Positions 54,332 through 63,966 of a stretch of DNA of 64,000 nt are shown here, piece by piece (the stretch's first letter is position 1; each line of letters starts with the position of its first letter). The stretch covers positions 155,057-219,056 of the forward strand of contig CAWKDV010000003.1 in the NCBI GenBank assembly GCA_963848495.1, read 5' to 3'. This DNA is from an uncultured Thermoleophilaceae bacterium (GTDB lineage: Bacteria; Actinomycetota; Thermoleophilia; Solirubrobacterales; Thermoleophilaceae). The notes beneath the pieces were generated by a model. That model saw nothing but the letters and a program-made list of their open reading frames with translations, was not told the origin of the DNA and did no database searches. The translations under genes and the position numbers were made by a program.

Positions 54332-54336
54332 ATGCC

Positions 54337-55638
54337 TTGAGCTACAGCCGCGTCAAGCGTGAGCAGATCGCCGCCGCGCTGGCGTCGGCCTTCCTGGCCG
54401 GCATGTGGGAGGTCGAGGAGATGGTGGCTCGCGGCGAGCAGACGCTCGAGCCGGCGCCGCCCTGGCTGCGGCGGCTGGCGCTGGGCGTGCACGCGAGCTA
54501 CCCGCAGATGCCAACCGACCGGCCGCGGGAGCTCGAGCGGCGCATCGCGCTGGCGCTGCGCGATCTCGTCACCCCCGCGCGCCCGCCGAAGATCCGCCAC
54601 TGGCTCCTGTTCGAGCAGGAGATGGCGCCGATGCGCTGGCCGGTGCCGGCGATCGCCACGAGCGGCGACCTCGCCGATCTCCTCGGCCTGACAGCCGGCG
54701 AGCTCGAGTGGCTGGCGGACCCGCGCGGGCTCGAGCGTACCGTCACCGCCGAGCGACTCCGCAACTACCGCTACGCCTGGCTGCCGCGCGCTAGCGGGCC
54801 GCCGCGGCTGATCGAGCGGCCCAAGGCGCGCCTCAAGGCGATCCAGCGCCGCCTCCTGCACGAGCTGCTCGACCTCGTGCCTTCGCACGACGCGGCCCAC
54901 GGCTTCCGTCGCGGCTTCTCCGCCCGCACCGCGGCGAGCCACCACACCGGACAGCCGGCCGTGCTGCGCTTCGACCTCGAGGACTTCTTCGCGTCGGTCG
55001 GGGCGGGCCGCGTCTACGGCATCTTCAGGACGATCGGCTATCCGGAGACGGTCGCCCACGCGCTCACAGGGCTGTGCACGAACGTGGCGCCGCGCGACGT
55101 CACGGCCGGCGCGCCGTATCTGCTCGCGAGGCGACTCGCGACACCACATCTCCCCCAGGGTGCCCCCACGTCGCCGGCGCTTGCCAACCTCTGCGCGTTC
55201 TCGCTCGATTGTCGGCTGCACGGGCTCGCGCTGTCCCTCGGCGCGCGCTACACGCGCTACGCCGACGACCTCTCGTTCTCGGGAGGCAAGCACCTGCTGC
55301 GCCGCGCGCCGCAGATCACCGAGACCGTTGCCGAGATCGCGCGCGAGGAGGGCTTCGCGCTGAACCGCGGCAAGACGCGCGTCACGCCTCGCTCGCAACG
55401 CCAGCTCGTCTGCGGCGTGGTGGTGAACGAGCGGCCCAACGCGGTGCGCCGCGAATACGACCTCCTCAAGGCCACGCTCCACAACGCGGCGCGGCGCGGT
55501 CCCGCGGCCGAGAACCGCGCCGGCGTGGCCGACTTCCGGGCACACCTGCTCGGCCGCATCTCCTGGGTCGAGTCGCTCAACCCCGCCCGCGGCGCCAGGC
55601 TGCGGGCGGCGTTCGACGCGGTCGACTGGGACGCCTAG
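54337..55638 (+). CDS. Retron-type reverse transcriptase with an N-terminal extension of about 100 aa
   Basis: Colinear RT motifs: PRLIERPKARLKAIQ, HGFRRGFSARTAASHH, VLRFDLEDFFASV, LPQGAPTSPALANL, YTRYADDLSFS, GFALNRGKTRV, QLVCGVVVNE, RREYDLLKATLHNA. Start is uncertain: TTG 54337, ATG 54403, or ATG 54421 with GGGAGG 8 nt upstream. Confidence 0.85.
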   Translation: MSYSRVKREQIAAALASAFLAGMWEVEEMVARGEQTLEPAPPWLRRLALGVHASYPQMPTDRPRELERRIALALRDLVTPARPPKIRHWLLFEQEMAPMRWPVPAIATSGDLADLLGLTAGELEWLADPRGLERTVTAERLRNYRYAWLPRASGPPRLIERPKARLKAIQRRLLHELLDLVPSHDAAHGFRRGFSARTAASHHTGQPAVLRFDLEDFFASVGAGRVYGIFRTIGYPETVAHALTGLCTNVAPRDVTAGAPYLLARRLATPHLPQGAPTSPALANLCAFSLDCRLHGLALSLGARYTRYADDLSFSGGKHLLRRAPQITETVAEIAREEGFALNRGKTRVTPRSQRQLVCGVVVNERPNAVRREYDLLKATLHNAARRGPAAENRAGVADFRAHLLGRISWVESLNPARGARLRAAFDAVDWDA

Positions 55639-56288
55639 CTCGGCGTGCCGAGGGTCTCGCGCTCGGTTCGAGCGGCCGCGCGGACCAGGTCCTGGACCGC
55701 CGACGAGGCCTTGGCCGGCGAGCCGGCGTCGAAGGGCGGCTGCGGGTCGTACTCGATGCCGAGCTGGATCGCCTCCGCCACGGTGGCGCCGGCGATGCGC
55801 GAGGCCAGCAGCAGGGCCATGTCGATGCCCGCCGAGACGCCGGCCGCGGTGATCACCTTGCCCTGCTCGACGAAGCGCGCCTGCACGGGCGTTGCGCCGA
55901 ACCGCCGCAGCGTCTCGACCTCGAGCCAGTAGGTCGTGGCCTCGAGGCCGTCGAGCACCCCGGCGGCCGCCAGCACGAGGGCGCCGGTGCACACGGAGGT
56001 GGTCCACTGCGAGCCGGCGTGCACGCCGCGCACCCAGTCGAGCATGTCGGGGTCGCTCATCAGCGCGCGGGTGCCGTAGCCGCCGGGGAAGACGAGCACG
56101 TCGGGGTCGGGCAGGTCGGCGAGGGCGACGTCGGCGGTGAGCGCGAGCACGCCCGTGTCGGTGCGCTTCGGCCCCGGCTCGGCGGCCACGAAACTCACCT
56201 CGGCGCCGGGAAGGCGCGACAGCACCTCGTAGGGGCCGATCGCGTCGAGGGCGGTCATGGAGTCGAACAGCGGGATGGCGATCTTCAT
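55635..56288 (-). CDS. DJ-1/PfpI family protein
   Basis: MKIAIPLFDSMTALDAIGPYEVL... with nucleophile elbow SVCTGALVLAAAG. Its stop overlaps the RT stop (CTAG). Confidence 0.85.
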   Translation of the reverse strand: MKIAIPLFDSMTALDAIGPYEVLSRLPGAEVSFVAAEPGPKRTDTGVLALTADVALADLPDPDVLVFPGGYGTRALMSDPDMLDWVRGVHAGSQWTTSVCTGALVLAAAGVLDGLEATTYWLEVETLRRFGATPVQARFVEQGKVITAAGVSAGIDMALLLASRIAGATVAEAIQLGIEYDPQPPFDAGSPAKASSAVQDLVRAAARTERETLGTPS

Positions 56289-57271
56289 CAGGCGGCCCTC
56301 TCGATCTTGCCGCCGCCGGTCGGGCGGAAGCGGTCGCGGTACAGGCCCGGGCTCACCCCGAGCCTCCTTCGGAACGAACGGCGCATGGTCTCCACGGTGC
56401 CGAAGCCGCAGCGGCGCGCGACCTCGTCCACCGCCTCGCGGCTCGACTCGAGCAGCGCCCGCGCGCGCTCCACGCGGAGCGCCTCGACGTAATGCGCCGG
56501 GGTCATCCCCACCTCGCGCTTGAACGCGCGGGCGAAGTTGCGCGGGCTCATGCAGGCGCGCTCGGCCAGCGCCGGCACCGACAGGTCGGCGTCGAGGTTG
56601 TCCACGAGCCAGGCCTGCAGGTCGCGCAGCGGCTCTCGCTGGGCGGGCTGGCTGGCCAGCGTCGCGCTGAACTGCGACTGGCCGCCGGGCCGGCGCAGGA
56701 AGAGCACGAGCCCCTGGGCCACCACGCGGGCCACTTCCGGCCCGTGGTCGTCCTCGAGCAGGCCGAGCGCGAGGTCGATCCCGGCGGTGACCCCGGCGGA
56801 GGTGTAGACCTTGCCGTCCCGCACGTAGATCGGATCGGGGTCCACGCGCACGTTCGGGTAGCGGCTCGCCAGCATGTCGCAGGACGACCAGTGCGTGGTG
56901 GCGCGACGGCCGTCGAGCAGCCCGGCGCGGGCCAGCAGGAAGGCGCCGGTGCAGACCGAGGCGACCCTGCGGCTGCGAGCGGCGCTGGCGCGCAGCCAGG
57001 AGACGAGCGCGCCGTCGAGCTCGGCCTCGAGCGCGGCGTCGCCGCCCGCGACGATCAGCGTGTCGATCGGCCCGTGGCAGTCGGCCAGCGTCGAGTGCAT
57101 CTCCACGCGCACGCCACTCGAGGTGCGCAGCGCCGGCTGCACCGCCACCAGCTCGATGCTGTAGCGCGCGCGGGTGAAGCGGTCGGCCACCGCGAAGACC
57201 TCGCTGGGGCCGAAGACGTCGAGCGCCTGGAAGTCGGGAAACGTGAGCAGAACGATGCGGCGAGTCCTCAT
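56288..57271 (-). CDS. GlxA-family AraC-type transcriptional regulator (DJ-1-like N-domain plus AraC HTH)
   Basis: SVCTGAFLLARAGLLDGRRATTHW, then the AraC HTH (MSPRNFARAFKREVGMTPAHYVEALRVERA). An alternative ATG is at 57280. Confidence 0.85.
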   Translation of the reverse strand: MRTRRIVLLTFPDFQALDVFGPSEVFAVADRFTRARYSIELVAVQPALRTSSGVRVEMHSTLADCHGPIDTLIVAGGDAALEAELDGALVSWLRASAARSRRVASVCTGAFLLARAGLLDGRRATTHWSSCDMLASRYPNVRVDPDPIYVRDGKVYTSAGVTAGIDLALGLLEDDHGPEVARVVAQGLVLFLRRPGGQSQFSATLASQPAQREPLRDLQAWLVDNLDADLSVPALAERACMSPRNFARAFKREVGMTPAHYVEALRVERARALLESSREAVDEVARRCGFGTVETMRRSFRRRLGVSPGLYRDRFRPTGGGKIERAA

Positions 57272-57380
57272 GGCGGGCATGATCGCCTGCGCGCGACTTG
57301 GCCGCAAGGACAACATGCGGACAATTTCTGCCACAGCCCGTGGCATGACCCACGCCTGACCTGGGTATCCCCGCTGCCGC

Positions 57381-59192
57381 ATGGCTGCAGAGGCATACCC
57401 CGAGGGCAACGGAGCTCGCCCGACCACGATCGAGACCGACGTCCCGGCGCGGATCGACCGGCTTCCCTGGGCGCGCTGGCACTGGCTGGTCGTGGTCGGC
57501 CTCGGCGCCGTCTGGATCCTCGACGGGCTCGAGGTGACGATCGTCGGGGCGATCGGCTCGCGCCTCACCGAGAAGGGCAGCGGCCTCACGCTCAGCGCCG
57601 GCCAGCTCGGCCTCGCCGGCACGATCTACGTGATCGGCGCCTGCACCGGCGCGCTCGTGTTCGGCTACCTCACCGACCGGCTCGGCCGCAAGCGCCTCTT
57701 CCTCGTCACCCTCGCGCTCTACCTCTGCGCGACCGTGCTCACGGCGTTCTCGTTCAGCCCGCTCTGGTTCTTCGTCTTCCGCTTCCTGACCGGCGCCGGC
57801 ATCGGCGGCGAGTATGCGGCGATCAACTCGGCCATCGACGAGCTGATCCCGGCGCGCGTGCGCGGCACGGTCGACCTCGTGATCAACGGCAGCTACTGGC
57901 TGGGCACGGCCGTGGGCGCTGCGCTCACCCTGGTGCTGCTCGACACGTCGCTGTTCCCGGCCAACATCGGCTGGCGCATCGCCTTCGGGGCCGGGGCGGT
58001 GCTGGGCCTCGGCATCCTGCTGGTGCGGCGCAACGTCCCGGAGAGCCCGCGCTGGCTGTTCACGCACGGTCGAAACGACGACGCCGAGCGGCTCGTGGAG
58101 GGCATCGAGCGCGAGGTCGAGCAGGACACCGGCGAGCGCCTCGAACGGGTGGACAAGACGATCACCGTCCGTGAGCGTGAGTCGGTCGGCTTCTTCGAGA
58201 TCGCCCGCACGGTGTTCACGAGCTACCCGCGCAGGACGGTCGTCGGGCTAGCGCTGTTCATCGGGCAGGCGTTCATCTACAACGCCGTGCTGTTCACGTA
58301 CGGCGACTTCCTGTCGACCTTCTACGGCACCTCGTCGGGCGCCACGCCCGCCTACATCATCCCGTTCGCGATCGGGAACTTCCTCGGGCCGCTGCTGCTC
58401 GGCCGGCTCTTCGACACGGTCGGGCGGCGGCCGATGATCGCGGGCTGCTACGTCGCGTCAGGCGTGCTGCTCGCGGTGATGGCGGTGCTGTTCAACAGCG
58501 GGTCGCTGACCGCCGGCACGCAGGTGCTCGCGTTCGTGGTCATCTTCTTCTTCGCCTCGGCAGGAGCGAGCGCGGCCTACCTGACCGTGAGCGAGATCTT
58601 CCCGATGGAGACGCGCGCGATGGCGATCGCGTTCTTCTACGCGGTGGGCACGGGCCTCGGCGGTGCAATCGGGCCCGTGCTGTATGGCCACCTGATCGAC
58701 AAAGCGCACCCCGCGAAGATGATGGTGGGCTTCCTGATCGCCGCGGGGCTGATGCTGTTCGGCGGCGTGATCCAGGCGCTGTTCGGGGTGGACGCGGAGC
58801 AGAAGCCGCTCGAGGAGGTCGCCGAGCCGCTCAGCGCCGAGGAGGGCGAGGCCAAGCCCGCGCCCGCCCGCCGGGCGCGTCAGCGCCGCTCGGCCATCAG
58901 CTGGTCGCCATACCAGATGACCTCCACCTGGTCGGCCGACGATCCGCTCCAGGCGCACGAGATGGAGCTGATTGCGGAGACGGTGCGCAACGGCGGCCGC
59001 ATGCACTGGCGGCAGATCGCCGAGCGGGCGGGCGCCCGGCGCTGGGGCCCAGGCCGCTTCCGGCGCGCCCTGCACTCGGCGGCCGACGCGGGCATGATCG
59101 TGCAGCCGGCGCGTGGCTGGTTCGAGCCGCCGGTGGCCCGCGGGGCGTGGCCCGAAACACCCGCGCCCGCCGAGGCGCGCGAACGCCGCTAG
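57381..59192 (+). CDS. MFS transporter (sugar-porter-like) with a cytoplasmic C-terminal extension of about 130 aa
   Basis: [13 protein letters not shown] and [13 protein letters not shown] motifs, 12-TM pattern, then a charged non-membrane tail from about residue 470. Confidence 0.8.
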   Translation: MAAEAYPEGNGARPTTIETDVPARIDRLPWARWHWLVVVGLGAVWILDGLEVTIVGAIGSRLTEKGSGLTLSAGQLGLAGTIYVIGACTGALVFGYLTDRLGRKRLFLVTLALYLCATVLTAFSFSPLWFFVFRFLTGAGIGGEYAAINSAIDELIPARVRGTVDLVINGSYWLGTAVGAALTLVLLDTSLFPANIGWRIAFGAGAVLGLGILLVRRNVPESPRWLFTHGRNDDAERLVEGIEREVEQDTGERLERVDKTITVRERESVGFFEIARTVFTSYPRRTVVGLALFIGQAFIYNAVLFTYGDFLSTFYGTSSGATPAYIIPFAIGNFLGPLLLGRLFDTVGRRPMIAGCYVASGVLLAVMAVLFNSGSLTAGTQVLAFVVIFFFASAGASAAYLTVSEIFPMETRAMAIAFFYAVGTGLGGAIGPVLYGHLIDKAHPAKMMVGFLIAAGLMLFGGVIQALFGVDAEQKPLEEVAEPLSAEEGEAKPAPARRARQRRSAISWSPYQMTSTWSADDPLQAHEMELIAETVRNGGRMHWRQIAERAGARRWGPGRFRRALHSAADAGMIVQPARGWFEPPVARGAWPETPAPAEARERR

Positions 59193-59554
59193 AGATCGAT
59201 GACCCGCCGCTCATGGGTGCCGACGCCGATCGTCCGGTCAGCGTCGCGCACCTCCACGTCGAACCTGAGCTTCCTGTCGTCGACCACCTCGCGCAGCTCG
59301 GCCCTTACGCTGCAGCGCGTACCCTCCGTCGCCGCGGCCACGTGCTTCACGCAGACCTCGAAGCCGACCGTGCCCTTGCCATCGGGCAGCTGCTCCCGCG
59401 CCAGGGCGGTCGCGCAGCGCTCCATGCGGCTGATCATGCTCGGCGTGGACAGCACCGGCGCCGTGAGCGTGCCGCCCACGTCGGTGAGCAGCTCGCCCTC
59501 CACGACGAACTCGTCCTCGCGTGAAAGCCCCGGCTCGAGCGGCACGTCGGGCAT
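59189..59554 (-). CDS. Hotdog-fold thioesterase family protein
   Basis: 121 aa. Pattern ...[14 protein letters not shown]..., [13 protein letters not shown] typical of small hotdog thioesterases. The longer ORF extension was rejected. Confidence 0.55.
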   Translation of the reverse strand: MPDVPLEPGLSREDEFVVEGELLTDVGGTLTAPVLSTPSMISRMERCATALAREQLPDGKGTVGFEVCVKHVAAATEGTRCSVRAELREVVDDRKLRFDVEVRDADRTIGVGTHERRVIDL

Positions 59555-59557
59555 CCT

Positions 59558-60145
59558 ATGCGGCCGATGGAGCTCGACCGAGACCCCCTGACGCAGTTCG
59601 CGGCCTGGTTCGCGGAGGCGGGCGAGGCCGGCATCCGGATGCCGGAAGCCGTGGCGCTTGCCACGGCGACGCCCGACGGCGCCCCGTCCGCTCGCATGGT
59701 GCTGATGAAGGGCTTCGACGAGCGCGGCTTCGTCTTCTTCACCAACTACGAGAGCCGCAAGGGCGGCGAGCTCGCCGCCAACCCGCGCGCCGCGCTGTTG
59801 TTCCACTGGGACGCCCTCGGCCGCCAGGTGCGGATCGAGGGACCGGTTGAGCGCACGAGCCGCGAGGAGTCCGACGAGTACATGCGCTCACGGCCGCCGG
59901 GGAGCCAGCTCAGCGCGCTCGCCTCGCCGCAGAGCCGGCCGGTCGAGAGCCGCGAGTGGCTCGAGGCGCGCGTGGCGGAACTGGCGGGCGCGGGCGAGCA
60001 GCCGCTCCCCGAGCACTGGGGCGGCTACCGGCTCAGGCCGGAGAGCTACGAGTTCTGGCAGCACCGCGACGACCGGCTGCACGACCGCATCGCGTACCGC
60101 CCTGCGCCGGGCGGCGGCTGGAAGCGGGAGCGACTCGCGCCCTAG
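59558..60145 (+). CDS. pdxH: Pyridoxamine 5'-phosphate oxidase
   Basis: [41 protein letters not shown] and WGGYRL.P...EFWQ.R..RLHDR hallmark blocks. Confidence 0.9.
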   Translation: MRPMELDRDPLTQFAAWFAEAGEAGIRMPEAVALATATPDGAPSARMVLMKGFDERGFVFFTNYESRKGGELAANPRAALLFHWDALGRQVRIEGPVERTSREESDEYMRSRPPGSQLSALASPQSRPVESREWLEARVAELAGAGEQPLPEHWGGYRLRPESYEFWQHRDDRLHDRIAYRPAPGGGWKRERLAP

Positions 60146-61821
60146 AACAACCCGACCGTCTTGCCGTCCGCGTCGATGTCGACGTTCAGCGCCGCCGGGC
60201 TCTTGCCGAGGCCGGGCATCTGCATGATGTCGCCGCACAGAGCCACCAGCCAGCCGGCGCCCGTGTAGGCGCGCAGGTCGCGCACCGGCACGGTGAAGCC
60301 CTTCGGCGCGCCACGGAGGGCGGCGTCCGCCGACAGCGACAGGTGCGTCTTGGCCATGCAGATCGGCAGCGACCCGAGGCCGTCCTCCTGGTACTGGCGG
60401 ATCTTGCGCTCCGCGTCCGGATAGAAGAAGACGTCGCTGGCGCCGTAGACCTGCGTGGCGATCTTGCGGATCTTGACGTCGATCGGGTCGTCGTCCTGGT
60501 AGGTGAGCATGAACTCGGACGGCTGCTCGCAGGCCTCGGCCACCGCCTCCGACAGGGCAGCGGCGCCCGCGCCGCCGTTCGCGAAGCCGTCGTTGATCTC
60601 TGCCGCCATCGCGCCGCCCTCCAGGGCGAGCGTCTTCACGAGCCCGACCTCCTCGTCGGTGTCGCCCGGCCTGCGGTTCACGGCCACCACGCAGGGCAGG
60701 CCGAAGCCGCGCACGATGTCGAGGTGGCGGTGCAGGTTGGAGGCGCCCTCCACCACGGCCGCGAGACCGCGCACGCGGTCCACGCGCGGGTCGTCGTCCA
60801 CGCCGCCGTGGTGCTTCAGCGCGCGCACGGTGGCCACGAGCACCACCGCGCTGGGGCGCAGGCCGCCCTTGCGGCAGACGATGTTGAAGAGCTTCTCCAT
60901 GCCCATGTCCGAGCCGAAGCCGGACTCCGTGATCACGTACTCCCCGACCTTCAGCCCGATCATGTCCGCCACCAGCGAGGAGTTGCCGTGGGCGATGTTG
61001 GCGAACGGGCCGCAGTGCATCAGGCAGGGCTGGCCCTCGAGCGTCTGGATCAGGTTGGGCTTGAGCGCGTCCTTGAGCAGCACGGTCATCGCGCCGGCAG
61101 CGCCGAGGTCCTCCGCCGTGACGGGCTTGCCGCCGTTGTAGGAGTGGGCGACCGTGATCGCGCCGAGCCGAGCACGCAGGTCGTGCAGGTCGCGCGACAC
61201 GGCCAGGATCGCCATCACCTCGGAGGCCGCGGTGATGTCGAAGCCGGTCTCGCGCGGGTAGCCGTTCGCGCGGCCGCCGAGACCGATGGCGATCTCGCGC
61301 AGCGCGCGGTCGTTCATGTCGAGCGCGCGGCGCCAGGACACGCGCAGCGCGTCGATCGAGTGGTCGTTCCCGTGCAGGATCGAGGCGTCGATCAGGGCCG
61401 CGAGGAGGTTGTTGGCAGCGCCCACCGCGTGGATGTCGCCGGTGAAGTGGAGGTTGAGATCCTCCATCGGTACGACCTGCGTCATGCCGCCGCCGGCGGC
61501 GCCGCCCTTGATGCCGAAGACGGGTCCGAGCGAGGGCTCCCGCAGGCACAGCAGCGGGTTCTTGCCGATGAAGCCGAGCCCCTGGGTGAGGCCCACAGCC
61601 GTGGTGGTCTTGCCCTCGCCCGCCTTCGTCGGCGTGACGCCCGCCACGCATACGAGCTTGCCGTCGGGCGCGTCACTGAGGCGCCGGGTCACTCCGAGCG
61701 AGACCTTCGCCTTGTAGCGGCCGTACGGCTCGTACTCCTCCGGCAACAGGCCGGCGCGCTCGGCGATCGCCTCGATGGGCTCGAGGACCGCGTCCTGCGC
61801 GATCTCGAGGCTGCTCTTCAT
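60142..61821 (-). CDS. fhs: Formate--tetrahydrofolate ligase
   Basis: 559 aa. [13 protein letters not shown]-loop, [14 protein letters not shown] and the [16 protein letters not shown] blocks. Confidence 0.95.
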   Translation of the reverse strand: MKSSLEIAQDAVLEPIEAIAERAGLLPEEYEPYGRYKAKVSLGVTRRLSDAPDGKLVCVAGVTPTKAGEGKTTTAVGLTQGLGFIGKNPLLCLREPSLGPVFGIKGGAAGGGMTQVVPMEDLNLHFTGDIHAVGAANNLLAALIDASILHGNDHSIDALRVSWRRALDMNDRALREIAIGLGGRANGYPRETGFDITAASEVMAILAVSRDLHDLRARLGAITVAHSYNGGKPVTAEDLGAAGAMTVLLKDALKPNLIQTLEGQPCLMHCGPFANIAHGNSSLVADMIGLKVGEYVITESGFGSDMGMEKLFNIVCRKGGLRPSAVVLVATVRALKHHGGVDDDPRVDRVRGLAAVVEGASNLHRHLDIVRGFGLPCVVAVNRRPGDTDEEVGLVKTLALEGGAMAAEINDGFANGGAGAAALSEAVAEACEQPSEFMLTYQDDDPIDVKIRKIATQVYGASDVFFYPDAERKIRQYQEDGLGSLPICMAKTHLSLSADAALRGAPKGFTVPVRDLRAYTGAGWLVALCGDIMQMPGLGKSPAALNVDIDADGKTVGLF

Positions 61822-61892
61822 CTAGCTCTCCTCTCGCTGTCGCGGACGCATGCGGTCCGCCCGAGCCATCCTAAACAAATTGGTTCAAAGCC

Positions 61893-62399
61893 TCAAACGC
61901 CCGACAGCGCCGGGATCCAGACCAGGCAGGGCGCGTCGCGGGCGAGAGTCTTCGCCGCCGAGCGCAGGCGGCGAGCGCCGACGCGCTCGGGGTCCGGGCC
62001 GAAGACGAGCAGCCCGGCTCGCCGCTCGGTGAGCAGCTCGACGAGCGCCTTGACCGGGCGCGGGCTCGAGATGCGCAGCAGCTCGGTTTTCAGGCCCAGC
62101 GCCGCCGCGCGGTCGGCCGTGGCGCGCACCGCGTCGAGGTCCTCCTCGTCAGGCAGCGTGGCCGCGCCGGGGCCGAGCAGCATGATCGTGGTGGGATACG
62201 GACGCAGCCGGAGCATGTTCGCCACGATCAGGGGACTGCCCGTTTCGAGGGCGCTGTCGAAGGCCATCCGCTCCGCGGCCGGGGTCACACGGGAGGCCAG
62301 CGTCCCAAGCACGACGGGCACACGCGCGCGCCCGTCGGCGGCTGTACCGCCGGTCCATTGGAGTTGCCGCTCCGACCGGCCAATAGTCAGTTGACTCAC
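61893..62399 (-). CDS. Usp-like (universal stress protein fold) protein
   Basis: 168 aa. Resembles the C-terminal part of 21098-21652 (...LLVFGPD..., APCLVWI). Confidence 0.5.
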   Translation of the reverse strand: MSQLTIGRSERQLQWTGGTAADGRARVPVVLGTLASRVTPAAERMAFDSALETGSPLIVANMLRLRPYPTTIMLLGPGAATLPDEEDLDAVRATADRAAALGLKTELLRISSPRPVKALVELLTERRAGLLVFGPDPERVGARRLRSAAKTLARDAPCLVWIPALSGV

Positions 62400-62472
62400 T
62401 TCGTTCCCGATGGTACAAAACGCTCTTCGGGGCTTGCACCAATTTGCTCAAACTCTTTGAGGGGGCTGCTGA

Positions 62473-63948
62473 ATGGCAACTGCCGTCGTCGAGGAACGCC
62501 AGCTGCTCAAGACTCTGCGCTGGTGGGACGGTTTCACGATCGCGCTCTGCAACCCGGGGTTCCTGCTCGGCTCGCTGGGCTACACGCTCGGCGTCTTCGG
62601 GGTCACCGGCTCGATCATCCTCTGGGGAATCTCCGCCTTCATCGGCGTGCTCCAGGCGTTCATCTACTCGGAGCCTGCGGCGATGTTCCCGGACCAGTCC
62701 GGCGGCATCTCGCTCTACGCGCACGAGGGCTGGCGCAAGTACACGACCCTGGTAGGCCCGATCGCCACCTTCGGCTACTGGATCGGCTGGTCGGTCGTGC
62801 TGTCGATCTTCGGCAAGATCATCGGCGACCTCATCACCGCCCGCTGGTTCCCTCACTCCACCTGGACGGTCGACGACGGCCCCGTCTCGCTCGGACTCCC
62901 CCACGTCATCGCCATCGGGGTGATCGTGCTCGTGTGGCTCTTCAACGTCTACGGCATCAAGCCGTTCGTGTGGCTCACCTACGTCTGCGCGGCCTGCCTG
63001 ATGGTCCCGCTGTTCGTCTTCATCGTCCTCCCCTACCTCACGGGCGACTGGCACTCCTCGAACATCCACTCCAGCTTCCCCGGCCCCTGGGGCGGCGTGA
63101 AGGTCGCTCTCGTCTACCTGTTCATCCTCGCCTGGTCGGCGTACGGCACGGAGATTTGTGCCACCTTCGCGCCCGAGTACAAGGACACGAAACGTGACAC
63201 GGCCATGGCCCTGCGCACCGCGTCGATCTTCGCGCTGCTCGTGTTCACGCTGCTGCCGCTGGGCCTTGGCGGCGTGACCGGCGCGCCGTCGGCCGACACC
63301 GCCGAGGGCGGCTTCTACGTGGGCGCCTTCCAGCAGATCGTCGGCCATACCTTCTCCAGCGTGTTCCTGGTCTTCCTGATCGCCAGCCTGGTGCTGTCGA
63401 TGGCCTCGTCCACCGGCGACGCCGGGCGAGCGCTGTTCGGCATCTCGCGCTCGGGCATGACGATCAGGGAGTTCGGCGTGCTCAACCGCTTCCACGTGCC
63501 CGGCCGCGCGATGACCCTGGACCTGGTCGTGAACGTGCTGCTCGTGCTCTTCATCTCGAGCAACCTGGCGATCCTCTACATGAGCAACATCGGCTACGTG
63601 CTCGCGCACGTCTTTGCGCTCAGCGGCGTGCTGCTGCTGCGCAAGGACAGGCCGAACTGGCCGCGCCCGATCAGACTGGCGAACGGCTGGCTGCTGATCG
63701 CGGGCTTCCTATGCGTGTTGAACTTCGTGTTCCTCACGGTCGGCGCGCTCGCGCCGAAGCTCAACGGCTACGGCACGTGGACGGACTTCTGGATCGGCGT
63801 GGGCGTCCTCGTCGGCTCGGTGATCCTGTTCGTGTTCCGCCGCATCGTGCAGGACAAGGAATCCGTCCACTTCCGCGAGGACCCGCCGACGATGCCAGAG
63901 GGCAGCGCCGAGGCGGAGCAGCTTTCACCCGTACCGGCGGCCCACTAG
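62473..63948 (+). CDS. APC-superfamily amino acid/polyamine permease
   Basis: 491 aa, 12-TM pattern, N-terminal LKTLRWWDGFTIAL..PGF typical of APC permeases. Confidence 0.8.
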   Translation: MATAVVEERQLLKTLRWWDGFTIALCNPGFLLGSLGYTLGVFGVTGSIILWGISAFIGVLQAFIYSEPAAMFPDQSGGISLYAHEGWRKYTTLVGPIATFGYWIGWSVVLSIFGKIIGDLITARWFPHSTWTVDDGPVSLGLPHVIAIGVIVLVWLFNVYGIKPFVWLTYVCAACLMVPLFVFIVLPYLTGDWHSSNIHSSFPGPWGGVKVALVYLFILAWSAYGTEICATFAPEYKDTKRDTAMALRTASIFALLVFTLLPLGLGGVTGAPSADTAEGGFYVGAFQQIVGHTFSSVFLVFLIASLVLSMASSTGDAGRALFGISRSGMTIREFGVLNRFHVPGRAMTLDLVVNVLLVLFISSNLAILYMSNIGYVLAHVFALSGVLLLRKDRPNWPRPIRLANGWLLIAGFLCVLNFVFLTVGALAPKLNGYGTWTDFWIGVGVLVGSVILFVFRRIVQDKESVHFREDPPTMPEGSAEAEQLSPVPAAH

Positions 63949-63966
63949 GGCCAGGAGGACAAGCGA

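Noticed and set aside
54337-55638. The RT as part of a group II intron or a diversity-generating retroelement
   Set aside because: There is no maturase/X or endonuclease domain and no flanking intron-like structured RNA of sufficient length. There is no Avd-like gene or template/variable repeat pair nearby. The motif 4 context LPQGAPTSP and the VTG-like and NAxxH-like blocks fit retron-type RTs better.
54106-56007. 633-aa minus-strand ORF covering the RT locus, considered as a possible hidden effector
   Set aside because: It is antisense to the RT, with Arg/Gly/Ala low-complexity translation and no motifs. The codon-position bias supports the plus-strand RT frame instead.
61822-61892. Possible ZTP or THF riboswitch in the fhs leader, since the leader contains CGGGCGGACCGC
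   Set aside because: Only about 70 nt are available before the upstream gene stop. The hairpin GCGGAC-GCATGCG-GTCCGC lacks the pseudoknot-forming CCGCCUGGGC-type 3' element I remember for ZTP. It is more simply the terminator of the upstream Usp-like gene.
59956-62394. 812-aa ORF on the plus strand
   Set aside because: It is antisense to fhs (formate-THF ligase) and the Usp-like gene. It is a shadow ORF.
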